Shown here piece after piece: positions 50,364-63,450 of a DNA stretch of 64,000 nucleotides. The translations under genes and the position numbers were made by a program. The notes beneath the pieces were generated by a model. It worked only from the letters and a program-made list of their open reading frames with translations, was not told the DNA's origin and made no database searches. Numbering within the stretch: position 1 is the stretch's first letter; each line of letters begins with the position of its first letter. The stretch comes from Klebsormidium nitens (lineage: Eukaryota > Plantae > Klebsormidiophyceae): assembly GCA_000708835.1 (NCBI GenBank), contig DF237016.1, forward strand, positions 181,852 to 245,851, read 5' to 3'.

Positions 50364-51744
50364 ATGGACTCAGCCCACTGGCAGTCACTGAAAGTGCGGA
50401 TATATGCTTAGTCGAGGAAGGATTAAGGAAATGGTCACGTCAAAGAAGGTTGTACATGCAGAATTCGTACTTAGTGCGAAGTAGCTATTGTTCTGCAAAT
50501 CAACGACCAAGAACTAAGTTTCTCTGAAGTAGACAGTTCCTAGTCCCTTCTGAGTCAGATGTTTATTGACCTAACAAGTCTCTCAGTCGCTGGGGTTGTA
50601 TGTCAACTCTTTGGTCCAAGTTCCAAGTCCCTTTTCTACTGAATGACTAGTTGACCAGCTTCCTCTTGGAGACTTGACTGATCCGTTGAAAGGATCGACG
50701 CACATGCATGCTCATCATGCAATGATCTGGCACCGATCAATGTGCGTCACGCGTCGGACTATGCATCCTGATATTGCATATACGTTGCAGTATTTTACTT
50801 AAACCATGTATCAGTCGCTTCCAGACTATATATGCTTTACGAATGCCGTTCAACAAGCTGCGCAATCCAAGTTTTTGTGTGCAACAATATCAGGCCTGGG
50901 CGGCAGGCTCGGAGCTACGCATCAGAATACAAGAGTATGGGAAGGGTTGTGTTCCATAAACGTCCTAATTGCTGAAGCCTTGAATTCAAAGTTACGTGCA
51001 CAGAATTGAACGCAAGCGGGCCCGGGGGTCTCGTTTGTTTCATCAAGATAAGTACAGTAAGTATATGTGACTGTACCGGCCAGAGTTGCCTATCTATAAC
51101 AAAGACGATCGCCGAAGCAAAAACGTCTTTGGAACGCTATGAAGTTTGAGCACGGGTTAATGCAGCTATGCGGAAGCTTGAAATGAGATGCCGGATCGTG
51201 AGTCCATATGAGGTCCTGTTATACTCGGCGAGATCAGTGCCCAAACTCTAGGAGAACGGGTCTGGTCTTAAGACTGCCAGGGCGTCTGCAAGTATACGGT
51301 TCCTTAACCAGTCTGTAGGTGTCTTATGTGCATGGTGAACCTAGGTCCAATCCTACGACGCCATGTCAGCGCCTTATCTACGCCTGTTTTCGAATGACGG
51401 CTGCTATATATGCCACATCAGCAGAGCCTGATCAACGAAGGCTTCAAAATGGGGAATGAAGTTCTGCGCCTTCATCATGAAGCTTCCCGCGAAGCTTCCT
51501 TAACAGATTGGATACGAGTCGGGCACACTACAATGAATGCCTTATGATTGCATGAGAGCTCCAGTTGTGCGCCAGTCCACTACTTCGTGTGCCACAATAC
51601 TGTGGCTTCATAGCCTAGCTACTAAGAGCGAGTACAATCAGAACATGCAACCTAAAAGCCGAACCCCCTGACTAACCCCACCCGTCGCTAATACTTTTCA
51701 CCGGGTCTGGCAACCTTCACATAGATTACCCAAACATAACCCCA

Positions 51745-54700
51745 TCAGTTCAGCTGCACCACCATGCCGTACGCGTTGAAATAGGCGAGGAACTCGTCGA
51801 ATTCCACGTCGCCGCTGCCGTCCGAGTCCATGACTTCGAACAGTTTGCGCACCACAAATTCGTTGATGTGCGTGCTCCCAGTGGTCCGCTTCTGCAGGTC
51901 TCGCACCAGGTCCGTCATTTCGAGCAGCGTCAGGCTGTTGCTCTTGTCGGTGTCGTAGCGCGCCCACATCTTCTCCAACTGCACGCGAGGGATTGACGGA
52001 GGTTTTCAGCGGGCAAATCGTGGATGGTTAACCACGGGCAATCTTTTGTAACTTCGCGCGCGAGATTGGCGGGCGTTCTCGGCCGTGAACGGTTATAGGC
52101 TCATCGAGAAGAAGTGACGTGAACAACAACCAAGGTTGGGCGGTAACCAGCCTTAGAGGAAGCTTATGCAACGGTTATGTGGCCAATAACCTTAAATTTG
52201 AGACTGAAAATCGGCCTCGAAGTGCAGCGTCAGGCTGTTGCTCTTAACGGTGTCGTAGCGCGCCCACATCTTCTCCAACTGCGCGCGCGAAAGTGGCGGG
52301 AGGTTTTAGCCGTGAAAGGTTAAACGATGACTAAGAAGGTGAAGTGAACGAAAAATAGACTTTGGGCGGTTAACGGTCTTAGAGCAAGGTTGGGTAACGG
52401 TTATGTTTTCAATAAACCTGAAACTCAAGTCTCAGAATGGGTTCCTGTTATTGGCAGGGGAGAGTGCAAGACGTAAATCGACAGGAAGATGAGAGACGGA
52501 CAACCGGCAGGGCCAACGCAACCCGAATTGAGCCTCTTTCACGAGGAATTCACAATGATGATTTGATTTTACGTACGTTGAGTTAGGCTCCTAGGTTGAG
52601 TAGAATCGGTTGCCCGGCAATATCAGTGAAACAAGAAACCTGGACTTAAAGCAAACGTGCTCCTATCCCTAGACACTCAAACACCTGCCCGAACCAATCC
52701 CGCGTCTCACGGTCATGGCCGATCAGTAGCTTAAGTCAACTTAATCGTTACACACGGATTGTTGGAAAATAACCTATTGTGCGGTGACGAGCTGTTCAGA
52801 CGCTGGGTATATATGCGTTCCATAAGCAAAGTTGGGTGGTAACCTGGAATGCACCAATGTTAGAGCCCATCTATTTGTCCATCACCAAAACTGTTTAGAA
52901 ACTGTCAGCCTGTTTAGCAGCAAGCCCTCCTATGTTGACATCAGTCAAGTCCGAACCGGTACCCAAACCCACCTCCTCGCGGTCCATCTTCTCCTCCTGG
53001 TGCGCCTCGATGAGCATCTCCTTCGAGAAGCGTGACACGAGGAACCGTTGCGTCAGCGTCGGCACGATGAAGAAGAAGAGCGACAGCCAGAACTTGGCGT
53101 AGTCCGTGTGCGAGCCTCCATCGGCGCTGGCCTGCTGTGCGTCGCTAGCTTGTGCCAGCGCTGCAACGTCAGAAAAAAGGAGCGGTTAAAATTGTTTTCT
53201 AAAGTAGGTACGATAAGCTTAGGTTAAGGTACTGTGAAGGATAGCGTTAGTATTGGGGTTAGGGTGGGTACTGGTGCGGAGCGGGTGATCGTTTGGGTTT
53301 AGGCTTTTAGTGTTAGCTTCGTATTTCTTGAATCTTCTATTGGTAAGCAGTTTCTCAGGTGAATCAAAGTTAATAGGAATATGCCGGCGCGCAGCCTTTG
53401 AAGGATCCATTTCAGCGAAGTTGAAGTTCCGAGATCTCACCCGCCCACAAAAAAATGTTCGGAGTTGCCAGCACGATGTACAGGTCCAGGTTATGACCCG
53501 GGGTTAGCAGGTTCCCCCGGAAGAACTTCTGCCACGTGGCAGCCAGCAGCGCCCCCAGCAGCTGCATGCCGACCACCTGGGCTAGCGCCAGCCAGAACTG
53601 TTGAAAGCACCTCTGCACGCGCGCGCACGTTGAAATGGGGCTATTAACCTGACCGGGTTGATGCCTGGTTAAGTGTGGTCCTGCGGCTAAGGGATCATGT
53701 GCGAGAATGATTGAGTTATATTGTTCAGTGTGCGACTGCAAGTCGACTCGACGAAGGTGAAAGTGACAAGATTTCTGGAGGAGGGGTTAGGCAAAGCGAA
53801 GATTAGGACCGGATTCTCGATCTCGAAGCAGGTTGAAGCTTGGATCCGTCGGCGGAGATTGGAGCCAGTTGTGACGATATTTCAAAGATTAAGAGGCCTT
53901 GAACGGGCAAGAGGGCGAGTAGAAGCATGAAACGCAAGTGCCTTCTACTGAAGCATTTTTCTTCGAGACCAAACCGCAAAATGGGCAGAAAGAGCGCTGT
54001 TGATAGGTACTAAACAGCCTCCAAAGAACGCTGACGGCCGGACAATTCGACGTCTCGGTAGTTACCTGAATAATGAAAACCTCTGCTGTGCTGTACGTGT
54101 GGTTGAACACGAGGTGGATGAGCGACTCGGGTGTAAACTGGTACCCGGAGAAGAGCCCCAGGCACATGAAGGCAACCGTACCGAGCCACTGCCACTTCTT
54201 GGCGTGCTTCTTGCAATCCACCGGGGAGCGCCTGGAGAATTGGAACGACACGTAAGCGGCAGTCCATTGTTGGAAGCTCATGGGGGGACGATCGTGAGCA
54301 GACTCAATAAGTGTTCGATCCTATTTCGGCATGGGCGTGTCTGCGAGTGGGGTGTTCCGCTGGTCAATACGATCCTGATGCAACTGCAATATTTTCAACT
54401 TGACCATTCTGAGTGCGCTGTTAAGAATCGAAACTTGCGAGGATGTTGCTATGACTCGATCCTCTTCCTTTTCCGAAAATCACATACCAGTTCCAACTCT
54501 TTCTTCGTATTGTTTATTCAAGAGCTTTTTGTTTAGTGTGCATATCGTGCGTTCAAAGGATCCATCGGAATCGACCCAACTGCGCTTTGATCGAGCCCCT
54601 TTTTCAATGGGTTGATCATACGGAAGTGTATCTGTCCTCAGAGTTCGGGTGTTAACCTTGGTTATGAGCTGGCAATGCGCTGGTCATGGGCTGCTTAGAA

Positions 54701-57700
54701 AGTTGTTACGTGTTCAGTAACCAGACTAGAACAACTACCAGATAACCAGCCTTGGAATAAGCTTAACACCCAATTACTTGTTCACCGACTTTAAGACTTC
54801 ACTCTCAATTGTCAGCCTGGTTTTGTAGCAGCGAGAACTTGATTCCTGTGCTCGACCCACCTGCGCCAGATCTGAGCGATGGCGCCTGGAACGGCGAGCC
54901 CGACGGCAAGAAGGATGTAGAAGAACTGGGCTGGTTAGAAAGTGGTCAAATAACCAACAACCAGACTAGCGTCCCTGCCTTGGAAGAAGGCTAAAGCGGG
55001 GTTATTGATTCACTAAGTTTAAGCTTCACTCCGAGTCCCAGCCTGGTTAGCAGCCAAAACGTTTTGGTTAGAGTAAACCCACCTGCGCCAGATCTGGGCG
55101 ATGGCCCCGGGCACGCCGAGCCCGACGGCAAGAAGTATGTAAAAGAACGTCATGTCCTCCGGCTTAAACACCGTTACGTCCGTGGCTGAGAGGATGATCA
55201 GGAGAAGCGGCTGCAACAGGCTGGCAATCAGAGACACTACCTGTGGAAGAGATGACACTCATTGTGTAAGAATATCGCTGTGAAAGACCTGGAAAATTTA
55301 TCAAGGCACCATCTAAGTTCTAGAAATCGTTCGACAGAGTAGTGTTCGGAAAGGCAAATCGAACATAATTTTACATTCCGTGATCGTCTGTCGAATCGAA
55401 GCTAACTTTTGGGCTCCATCCGATTCTTTCCGATTCCCGGGGGTCTTGAAGTGCACTTGAATCCTACTGGCGGCGTATCGGCCGCGAAGAAGTATCCGTC
55501 CGCTTTAATTACATCAAAAAGTAGCTGTTGTCGCTCACAAACCGCACTCTCCAGCGTGACAGCTCTACTGAACGGGCGAGAGATTTCACTCTCCGAAATC
55601 GGCACCAATCAAATCCATCGACTCAAACCCTACAGTCAAAGAGACTTCATAAGCGTAGCCACTTCCGAAAGGGAGCGAAGAGAAAAATTAAGCATTGACA
55701 GTCCGCTGCGTTTGAAGCGCTTGTAGATCAGAGCCGCCTGGGGCCAGGTTCCTGGGAAAAGGGGCAGGCGATCGCTTACCACTGAGAGGTATAGTCCGCC
55801 CCCCCACAGCAGTGACACAGTTGCGCACGTCAGCGCAGGTGGCACGAGCCAATACAACGCGAACAGCTGTCCCGCCACGTCACGCTTGAATGGCGTTAGC
55901 AACAGCGGCACCATCACGATGACGCGAGCAACGAACTGGGCGAAGTAGATGAAAGCCGCGCTCAGAGGCGCGCGCGCGAACGAGATCGGGAGGTCGATTT
56001 CCAGGTAGGAGTAGAGCGTCGAGAAGAATAGTGCGACGGTAAGAAAAGTCTGCAAGGGCCAGGAAATGTGGTTTGAGTTTTCGAATCTGAGCGGAGCAGA
56101 CGAGCCCGCCTGAATGCGGCCATGACGTGGCTGTCGATAGACGCACCAGACTGTGTTGAATTCACAAGGTTGCCAAGAGTCAAGTTGCATTAGTCATGCA
56201 GAGAAGAAGCCAAGGCATGGGTACGTACAAGAAAAGGTTGGAGCCAGACAAGAACAAAGGACAAGACTCTCAAAATCTTGCTAAATTCCGACGGAACAAA
56301 ATCAAGCTCGTCGGCCGTGCTGCCATTTGATGTGATTCCCGAAACAGGCTGAAGCTGCCGCGGATTTCTCGTTTAACCGTATCGGATAAGAAAACTGCTT
56401 CAAAATAGTGACGGGCCTTCTGCGAGTGCCCACCAACCAGGAACGTCGTTGCAGGGTGGATTGGGATCAGAGTTCTATGGACGTTCAAGAAAACGAAAGC
56501 AGCCTCGAGCAATATTCATTGTCACCAGGCGCGGCGCTTCCGCACGCTGCAAGAGCTTGGTTCTACTTCACAGGAAGGGTTTCGATCCTAGTCAGATTGA
56601 AATCAACGTACTCAGCCAGCTTTTCACCAGCTTCATCCGGTGGGATTAGTAAGACCGAAGACTAAGCAGGCTTGGTCAACGGTACTTTGTTATCATGAGG
56701 TTCTTCTCAGTCTCGACTGCCCCCACCTGAAAGAGCGGCTTCGGCATGGCGTCGGTAAAGTACCAGCGGAGGAGCAGACCGACGATGAACAGAAGCGGCG
56801 ACAAATTGAGCCCGTGCAGGGCCACCATGTCGCCCAGCTTCTGGATGAACTTCCCGAAGCCGCCCGTCTCCATGTTCTTGTACTTGACCAGATCGGAGCG
56901 GCTGAGGGCCTTTCCGTTAGGCAGACTGCACGAGAGAGCGCAAGTTACAAGAAACACTTTGGGCATCAGATACGGATGATTATGGTCTGGCTTACAAAGT
57001 GGTTCAGTTAGTGTCGAATAACCAGACTCGGGCGGCGACCAACTTTGGAACCTGAAGGTAAAAGCCCAGTTTTCTGGTCAGATAACCCGATACGCAAGTT
57101 TGGTGATCAGCCTGGTTAGCAGGGAAAGTTTTTAGTACACATCAATGAGGCATTGCGCCTGCACGAAGAGATGCTGGCAAGTGCGGTAGCGTTCTTTATT
57201 CTGGAAGTGTTGAACGTAAGACGTATCTAAGGATTCCCAACTCGCAGACACAGCAAAAGACAGACCGGTTTTCTAGCTAAATGGGCTTCGGCTCAAGGGG
57301 CGGCTTTGGAGCGCGGATGATTGAACATTTGGTCGAAGATCTAGCTCTAGAGAATTTGAAAAACTCTGCTTCTCAGGTTTGAAAAAGAGCGTACTTGGAC
57401 AGGATGCGGGAACCCTGAGTAGTTTTCATCTGTCAAGTCGTCTCAGCAATCACAGAAAAGTCGGAAGCAAAACTTTTATCCAATCCATGATGAGAGTGGG
57501 GTCTTTTGCCACGAATGTTGCTGCGAGGGCGTATGAACACCAGACACGATGTCCTATGTGAAGACCAAAACCCTCCTGATTGCAACCGGTTCATCCTCAG
57601 CCTCCCCTAGAAATTCGAGGTACGTGTGTTGGACTCACTTGAAGTGAAAGAAGTCGCCCGCCGTCAGTCCGTCCAAATAGAACGCGAGCGGCTCAATTAC

Positions 57701-60013
57701 GTACTGGTGCGACACCACCAGCACCTTCTCCCCGCGCTCGACACGTGGCAGCACCTTGTCCTCCATGAAAAGGCGCGCGCGCTCATACACCTTCTTCATC
57801 GTCTCGCCCTGAGGGGGCGCCTCGTACGCTGAGTGCATAAAGTGCTCGAACGGCTCGTAGCCGAACGCCTGTATAAGGAACAAACGGTGGGTTTGTATAA
57901 CCTTCGCTCAGTGGTTCGAGATTGGTAAAGGTGAAGGAATCACGTCAATGTGGTGATGTCAACTTGACGTCAAAACGAGCTCACCCTGCAGGGTCCGGAG
58001 CATTCGAGAGTGCACGTCACTGGACGGTTGATTGTGATCAAAACCAGGTGGTTATGAACGGACTCTACATACTACCTGTTGACGGCTTTAAGACAGGATC
58101 ACTTTTGTGAGTGATTTCGAATTACGTAGCAGGACCTGGTAACTCCCGTTTCACTTAAGAGCCACTTTACTTGAGATAGTCGCCCGGGAGACTTCTCGGT
58201 ACGGTTGGCTTGGTGGTTAGGGTGGGTCCGGGTGCGCAGCGCATTATTCTGCCGGTTAGGGTTTCCAACAGTGTTCGCCCGGGTAGCTCGGATCTTAAAT
58301 GAAAAGGCTGTTAAATGGATTGGGAGTTGCCAGTATGATCATAGCGGGCCAATCTCTAAGGTGGCTGTGTTTGAACCCGGTAGCTGTGACCCTTAGGGGA
58401 CTTTAACCACAGGTTCATGAGCTGGTCGACAAGCTTCAACCATGAACTAACCAGGTCGATCTTGACTCTACTACTGAAGTTTCACACTGGATCCAGAAAC
58501 AGCGTGACAGCCGAATCAAATTGCATGAAGCCACTTGCCTGCCTCAGCAGAGCAATGCTGCGCCCGGCAAACGTCCCAAACGAGCGCTCTGCGATCCTGC
58601 CGTCCTGTTCCGGTTCCGTTCCTTTGATTCCGGCCTCCTCCAGCGCGAGCTTGCACGTTTGGCGCGCTCTGAGCATGTACGACACGTACACTTTGTCAAA
58701 GTGCGCGAGCTTCTTTGCCTTGATGTCCAGCCCCGCGCGCCGCGCCTGGTTCTGACCGAAGGGGGTGAGGGCCACGTCGAAAACGCCTGTGAGGGAGAAA
58801 GAAGGGTTGTTGGTTCGATGCGAAACAGGCTGGTACTGTTCGATTCATAGGCTTTTGTTGAAACATCTAAATAGCTGATTTCTTGAATTTTGATGACCTG
58901 GGACAAACCCATGTCCCCTAGTGCTGCCGATGGAAAACCAGTGGAGATCTGATATAATCTGAACAGCTGGACAAATCACAACGGGCACGATCAGCCCTTG
59001 CCACTTGGCCGGGCTTGGCTTTGAGGGAACGCTCAAGTGCAACCTGCTGGCGTTCCGATAAAAGTCTGCATAAGCAAGAAGATTGTGTTCGCTGTCCTAT
59101 CAGAGGGTTGCCGTCAAAACATGCCGCTGCTGTTGGGCAAGGCATAGGCGCTGTGACGAGTTATGTAGGACGCAGTTTCTTCGTAGGAGATACATACAGC
59201 TGTAACACATCCCAAGTTCCAAAAGCCAGGCCAGGGAGAAGAGGGAACAGGAGGGTTTGAACTTTCCGGCATACTATTAGGTGTCTTGTTTCACACAAGG
59301 GGTCAGCTCCCAAATCCTGAGGCGCCGTGATGAGCTGATTACCATCAGCCTTGCTCTACCCTTGTCCTTTAGCTGACTTTGGATGTTCAGGGTTGAATCC
59401 CACAAACAAATTCAGCCTCTGACGTTCGTATTCAATCTGCATAATTCGGATACAGGATGGACTAACCTTGGGACTCACAGATCTTATAATAACATCAGCA
59501 GTATTTTCTTCCATTTCAGAAAAGTGGGCTCGTGAGGGGCAACCCATCGGCTCTACTTCTTTGATGTGACCAAAGCCCTAGCTGCCTGAGGTCCTTCACC
59601 AGATCCCCTGAAGATACACCGACACACAGTTGTTGTTCCCCTTGTGTTAAACTCCACTCATACAAGTACTTTCGAACAACGAGCAATGTTGGGCTTTACT
59701 CCTCATTGCCATGTTGCTGACATACTAGGTACATAGACTTTACCCACAAAAGACACTCATGCAATAGTCTGAAGTTCTAGGAATAGCTGAGCTGGAAGAA
59801 TGCCACAGAACGTGACTAGTGCATAATGTAGCATTGAAGGCTGAATGAAATTTTGTGTGGACGATGCCTGCCGAGTTGGGTACCAAATATGTACCAAGCA
59901 GAACTGAAGCCTTAAACTTGTTGGTTACCTGCAAAGCGTCCCTGGCGATTTGACTCAGACTCCCCGTGTCTGATGAAATACACCTCTCCCTTGCCGTTCT
60001 TCCCTTCCTCCAT
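51745..60013 (-). CDS. Fusion protein: histidine phosphatase (phosphoglycerate-mutase-like) + multi-pass bile acid:Na+ symporter-like membrane domain + two C-terminal EF-hands; 10 exons
   Basis: Phase-consistent exons 60013-59929, 58786-58539 (GC donor), 57868-57639, 56925-56727, 56049-55780, 55240-55083, 54231-54066, 53612-53441, 53160-52973, 51978-51745. Motifs: VYFIRHGESESN, DVALTPFG, RARQT, IAERSFG, PPQGET, VLVVSHQ, LPNG; hydrophobic helices including PPALTCATVSLLWGGGLYLSVVVSLIASLLQPLLL and TPNIFLWAALA; EF loops DTDKSNSLTLLE and DSDGSGDVEFDE. A further 5' exon is possible. Confidence 0.85.
52222..52440. repeat. Intronic degenerate copy of the acceptor and first codons of the EF-hand exon (period about 300 bp)
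   Basis: GCAGCGTCAGGCTGTTGCTCTT..CGGTGTCGTAGCGCGCCCACATCTTCTCCAACTGC occurs in the exon (about 51925-51982) and again at about 52225-52282, with adjacent intron similarity. Confidence 0.85.
54856..54930. repeat. Intronic copy of the 3' end and donor of exon 6 of the fusion gene (period about 222 bp)
   Basis: CCCACCTGCGCCAGATCTG.GCGATGGC.CC.GG.AC.[G/C]CGAGCCCGACGGCAAGAAG at 54856 and 55078. Confidence 0.85.
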
Positions 60014-61731
60014 GAAAGCAGCATCGTGACTTATCTTGGATAGCTCTGCACATGTACAGGAAGGAAATTTTGAAACGCTTGTACAGCATTTGCAGTCGTT
60101 GGTGGATTTATGTGGATAAGGGCCAGGATTAGACATGTAGTAAACATATGACATCCACTCCAGGGTCCTAAGAAAAGGTGTTGAGCGATGGTTGAGAAGT
60201 CCACGTACTATTAGCTAGACATCCAACACCTGGATTGCAACACCGCAACAAGGAACTAGAAGATACAACCTGGCTATCAACTTTTGGAATGTGCCTAGGG
60301 AGAGAGATCCTGAATCAGGAAGCTGCATAACTGAAGTTGTATGGCTTTGATATGGCTTTGATGTGAACCAGGACCAAAGAGAAACAACATGCTAATGAAA
60401 ATGTGTGTTGACCACAGGCTAGCTTTCTGCACATGAAGACGCTCTGAACTGAAGGCTTTCACAAAAAGATGACAACTTGGCTAACTTTGAAGCTTCCCAG
60501 AGTTTTCTGACACATCTCATAGGAAACTTTGGTCAATCATGACTCGTGGGTCCAGACCGTCAACACCTTTCGTGCTTTTAAGGAGCAAGTTTTTGTTCCA
60601 TGCTCCTCAATATGAGCTGACAAAACCTTAAGAGCCAATCCTTTTCTTGGTTTCCCCCACGAGTGCCGCATTACTATTCTGGCGAATACCGTGTAGACAG
60701 ACTTGCTGGTTACCCTGGACTCTGTTGCCCAATGGTTGAGAGTCACAAAAGCCAACAACTTTTCAAAGATAAGAGACACCCCGCCTGAGTAAGAAGGCAG
60801 CAGGGTGACCTGACAGATGTCCCGTCTTGCACACAAGAGAACCCAAATGAACCCCTTGGAACATCCTGGTTCATTTTTATCATCTGCCACACCTCTTCAA
60901 GACACACCTAAAGTGGACAGCCCATAACCATAAGCAGCTTCTGATTATGGACCACGAGTCGTTTACTTTAGTTTTGCAACTTTCTCGATCTTCTTGCAGC
61001 GGGTTTGACTTCTCACCGGCTTCATTATGCAAGCTATCGTACGGCTGACCCCCTGGCATTTCCATGACGCTGCGAGCTCCTTCCGTTTTGGGGCTCTGAG
61101 AAGTCGTGACCCTGTCCCCCATGTACTTGGCCACAAACTCGACGTGAGCTCAGGACAAGGCCGAGCTTAGATAAGCTCGCAACTAAGTTCTGGTGCTTCC
61201 TTTGTGCTTCAAGAGGAGAATGCGTGGTGCTCCAAGAAGAGAATGCAATCAGATTTCTCTTTCGAGAGGACTAGAATGCTTGTTGCTTCAAGAAGAGGAT
61301 GCTTGGCGCTAAATTCAAGAAGAGAATGGGAAGTGCAAATGTACCAAATACACATGGTAGTCCGTGACGGTCCGTGACCCGTCTCTCGGAATTGCAGCCT
61401 TCAATGCTCAGCATTCATTCACCGTCCAATTTCCAAGCGTGCCCGCTGACGTGTTGTAGAATTAATTAGGGCTCACGCAGAACCTAGTTTGTACTGGTCT
61501 TGACGGATCTGATGTGTTTCAGGCTCAGCCACTCACAGTGGGTTGCCAGATCGATGGTGGAGTCGTGGAGGACAGCACATTCTGCTTTAATTCAAAAACA
61601 CTCATGATCAGAGGAATCTTACGTACGAATTCATGGGATATCCTGACTCTTGAGGTTATCCGCAGAACTGCTATTTATAGGTATGCGTGCTGATTGCGGA
61701 AACAGGGTCAAAATCTGCTTTGTCTTCGGGC

Positions 61732-61961
61732 ATGTCAGTCAGGATACCCCTGTGACAACACGAGCTATGTTACCAACCGCAAATGGTTGCTCAGACTTGC
61801 TCTGTCACTGTGTATCAACCCGGTCGTGGGATTAAATATTGTCAATGCAAATTACCGGTACCTGAATGAGCAGTCAGTCAGGACTCAGGATATTGCATGC
61901 GGAGCCTGGAGGCTCTAGAGTCTAGCCTCTAGCTCTGTTCACAGGATATCCTGACTGACAT
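61732..61961. mobile_element. Possible small TIR element
   Basis: Inverted repeats ATGTCAGTCAGGATA(CC)CCTGTG and CACAGGATATCCTGACTGACAT about 185 bp apart, with further CAGTCAGGA motifs nearby; no TSD identified. Confidence 0.5.
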
Positions 61962-61985
61962 ACCGTAACCCAGACTCCATAGGTA

Positions 61986-62920
61986 NNNNNNNNNNNNNNN
62001 NNNNNNNNNNNNNNNNNNNNNNNNNNNNNNNNNNNNNNNNNNNNNNNNNNNNNNNNNNNNNNNNNNNNNNNNNNNNNNNNNNNNNNNNNNNNNNNNNNNN
62101 NNNNNNNNNNNNNNNNNNNNNNNNNNNNNNNNNNNNNNNNNNNNNNNNNNNNNNNNNNNNNNNNNNNNNNNNNNNNNNNNNNNNNNNNNNNNNNNNNNNN
62201 NNNNNNNNNNNNNNNNNNNNNNNNNNNNNNNNNNNNNNNNNNNNNNNNNNNNNNNNNNNNNNNNNNNNNNNNNNNNNNNNNNNNNNNNNNNNNNNNNNNN
62301 NNNNNNNNNNNNNNNNNNNNNNNNNNNNNNNNNNNNNNNNNNNNNNNNNNNNNNNNNNNNNNNNNNNNNNNNNNNNNNNNNNNNNNNNNNNNNNNNNNNN
62401 NNNNNNNNNNNNNNNNNNNNNNNNNNNNNNNNNNNNNNNNNNNNNNNNNNNNNNNNNNNNNNNNNNNNNNNNNNNNNNNNNNNNNNNNNNNNNNNNNNNN
62501 NNNNNNNNNNNNNNNNNNNNNNNNNNNNNNNNNNNNNNNNNNNNNNNNNNNNNNNNNNNNNNNNNNNNNNNNNNNNNNNNNNNNNNNNNNNNNNNNNNNN
62601 NNNNNNNNNNNNNNNNNNNNNNNNNNNNNNNNNNNNNNNNNNNNNNNNNNNNNNNNNNNNNNNNNNNNNNNNNNNNNNNNNNNNNNNNNNNNNNNNNNNN
62701 NNNNNNNNNNNNNNNNNNNNNNNNNNNNNNNNNNNNNNNNNNNNNNNNNNNNNNNNNNNNNNNNNNNNNNNNNNNNNNNNNNNNNNNNNNNNNNNNNNNN
62801 NNNNNNNNNNNNNNNNNNNNNNNNNNNNNNNNNNNNNNNNNNNNNNNNNNNNNNNNNNNNNNNNNNNNNNNNNNNNNNNNNNNNNNNNNNNNNNNNNNNN
62901 NNNNNNNNNNNNNNNNNNNN
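61986..62920. other. Assembly gap
   Basis: Run of N. Confidence 1.
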
Positions 62921-63450
62921 CCGCTGCTCACTCCCACTCAGGAAGGGTCGCTCTACCTAGCTTGGAGTCTGACGTTGTCACATTACCTATATTAAATAGA
63001 GGTACGACCCGTACACTTGTCTCACGTCATCCGTAAACCTAGCTGTCCAAAATGATTACGACAGTACAGCAGGTACTAGGCTTGAGGTGGTATGGCGGCT
63101 CATGGCCGACCGGGGCAGTGACGGGCCCAGCCGTGTGGCTTCGACGGCGAATTCTCCGCGCTGCGTTTTGATCGGACCGACTCGGAGCCATCATCAGTGA
63201 TCACACCACTAGCGAACCGGGCGCCGGGCCGGTGTGCCGGCCAATTCCGAGTCATTTTGACGCTAGTCGAGGAGATGGCGGCAAGGCCCAAGAGTCAAGC
63301 CTGCCCAGTGCCGATCATGCAACCGGCTCACCAGCATGCAACCGACTCACCAGCATTGAAATCTGGGCCAAGAAAGGAAGTATTTGCCCCAAAAACATCC
63401 CATATTATTTCATATTTCAAACATACTAGCAAAAAACCAACTATTATTTC

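Noticed and set aside
55636-55779. Read-through extension of exon 5 of the fusion gene
   Set aside because: A strong GTAAGC donor at 55779 gives an in-phase join to exon 6 that completes the symporter-like motif.
60537-61134. Two minus-strand ORFs as 5' exons of the fusion gene
   Set aside because: Plausible, but no confident splice path to the RHG exon was found; left unannotated.
61939-62937. 332-aa ORF in the track
   Set aside because: Artefact of translating across the N gap.
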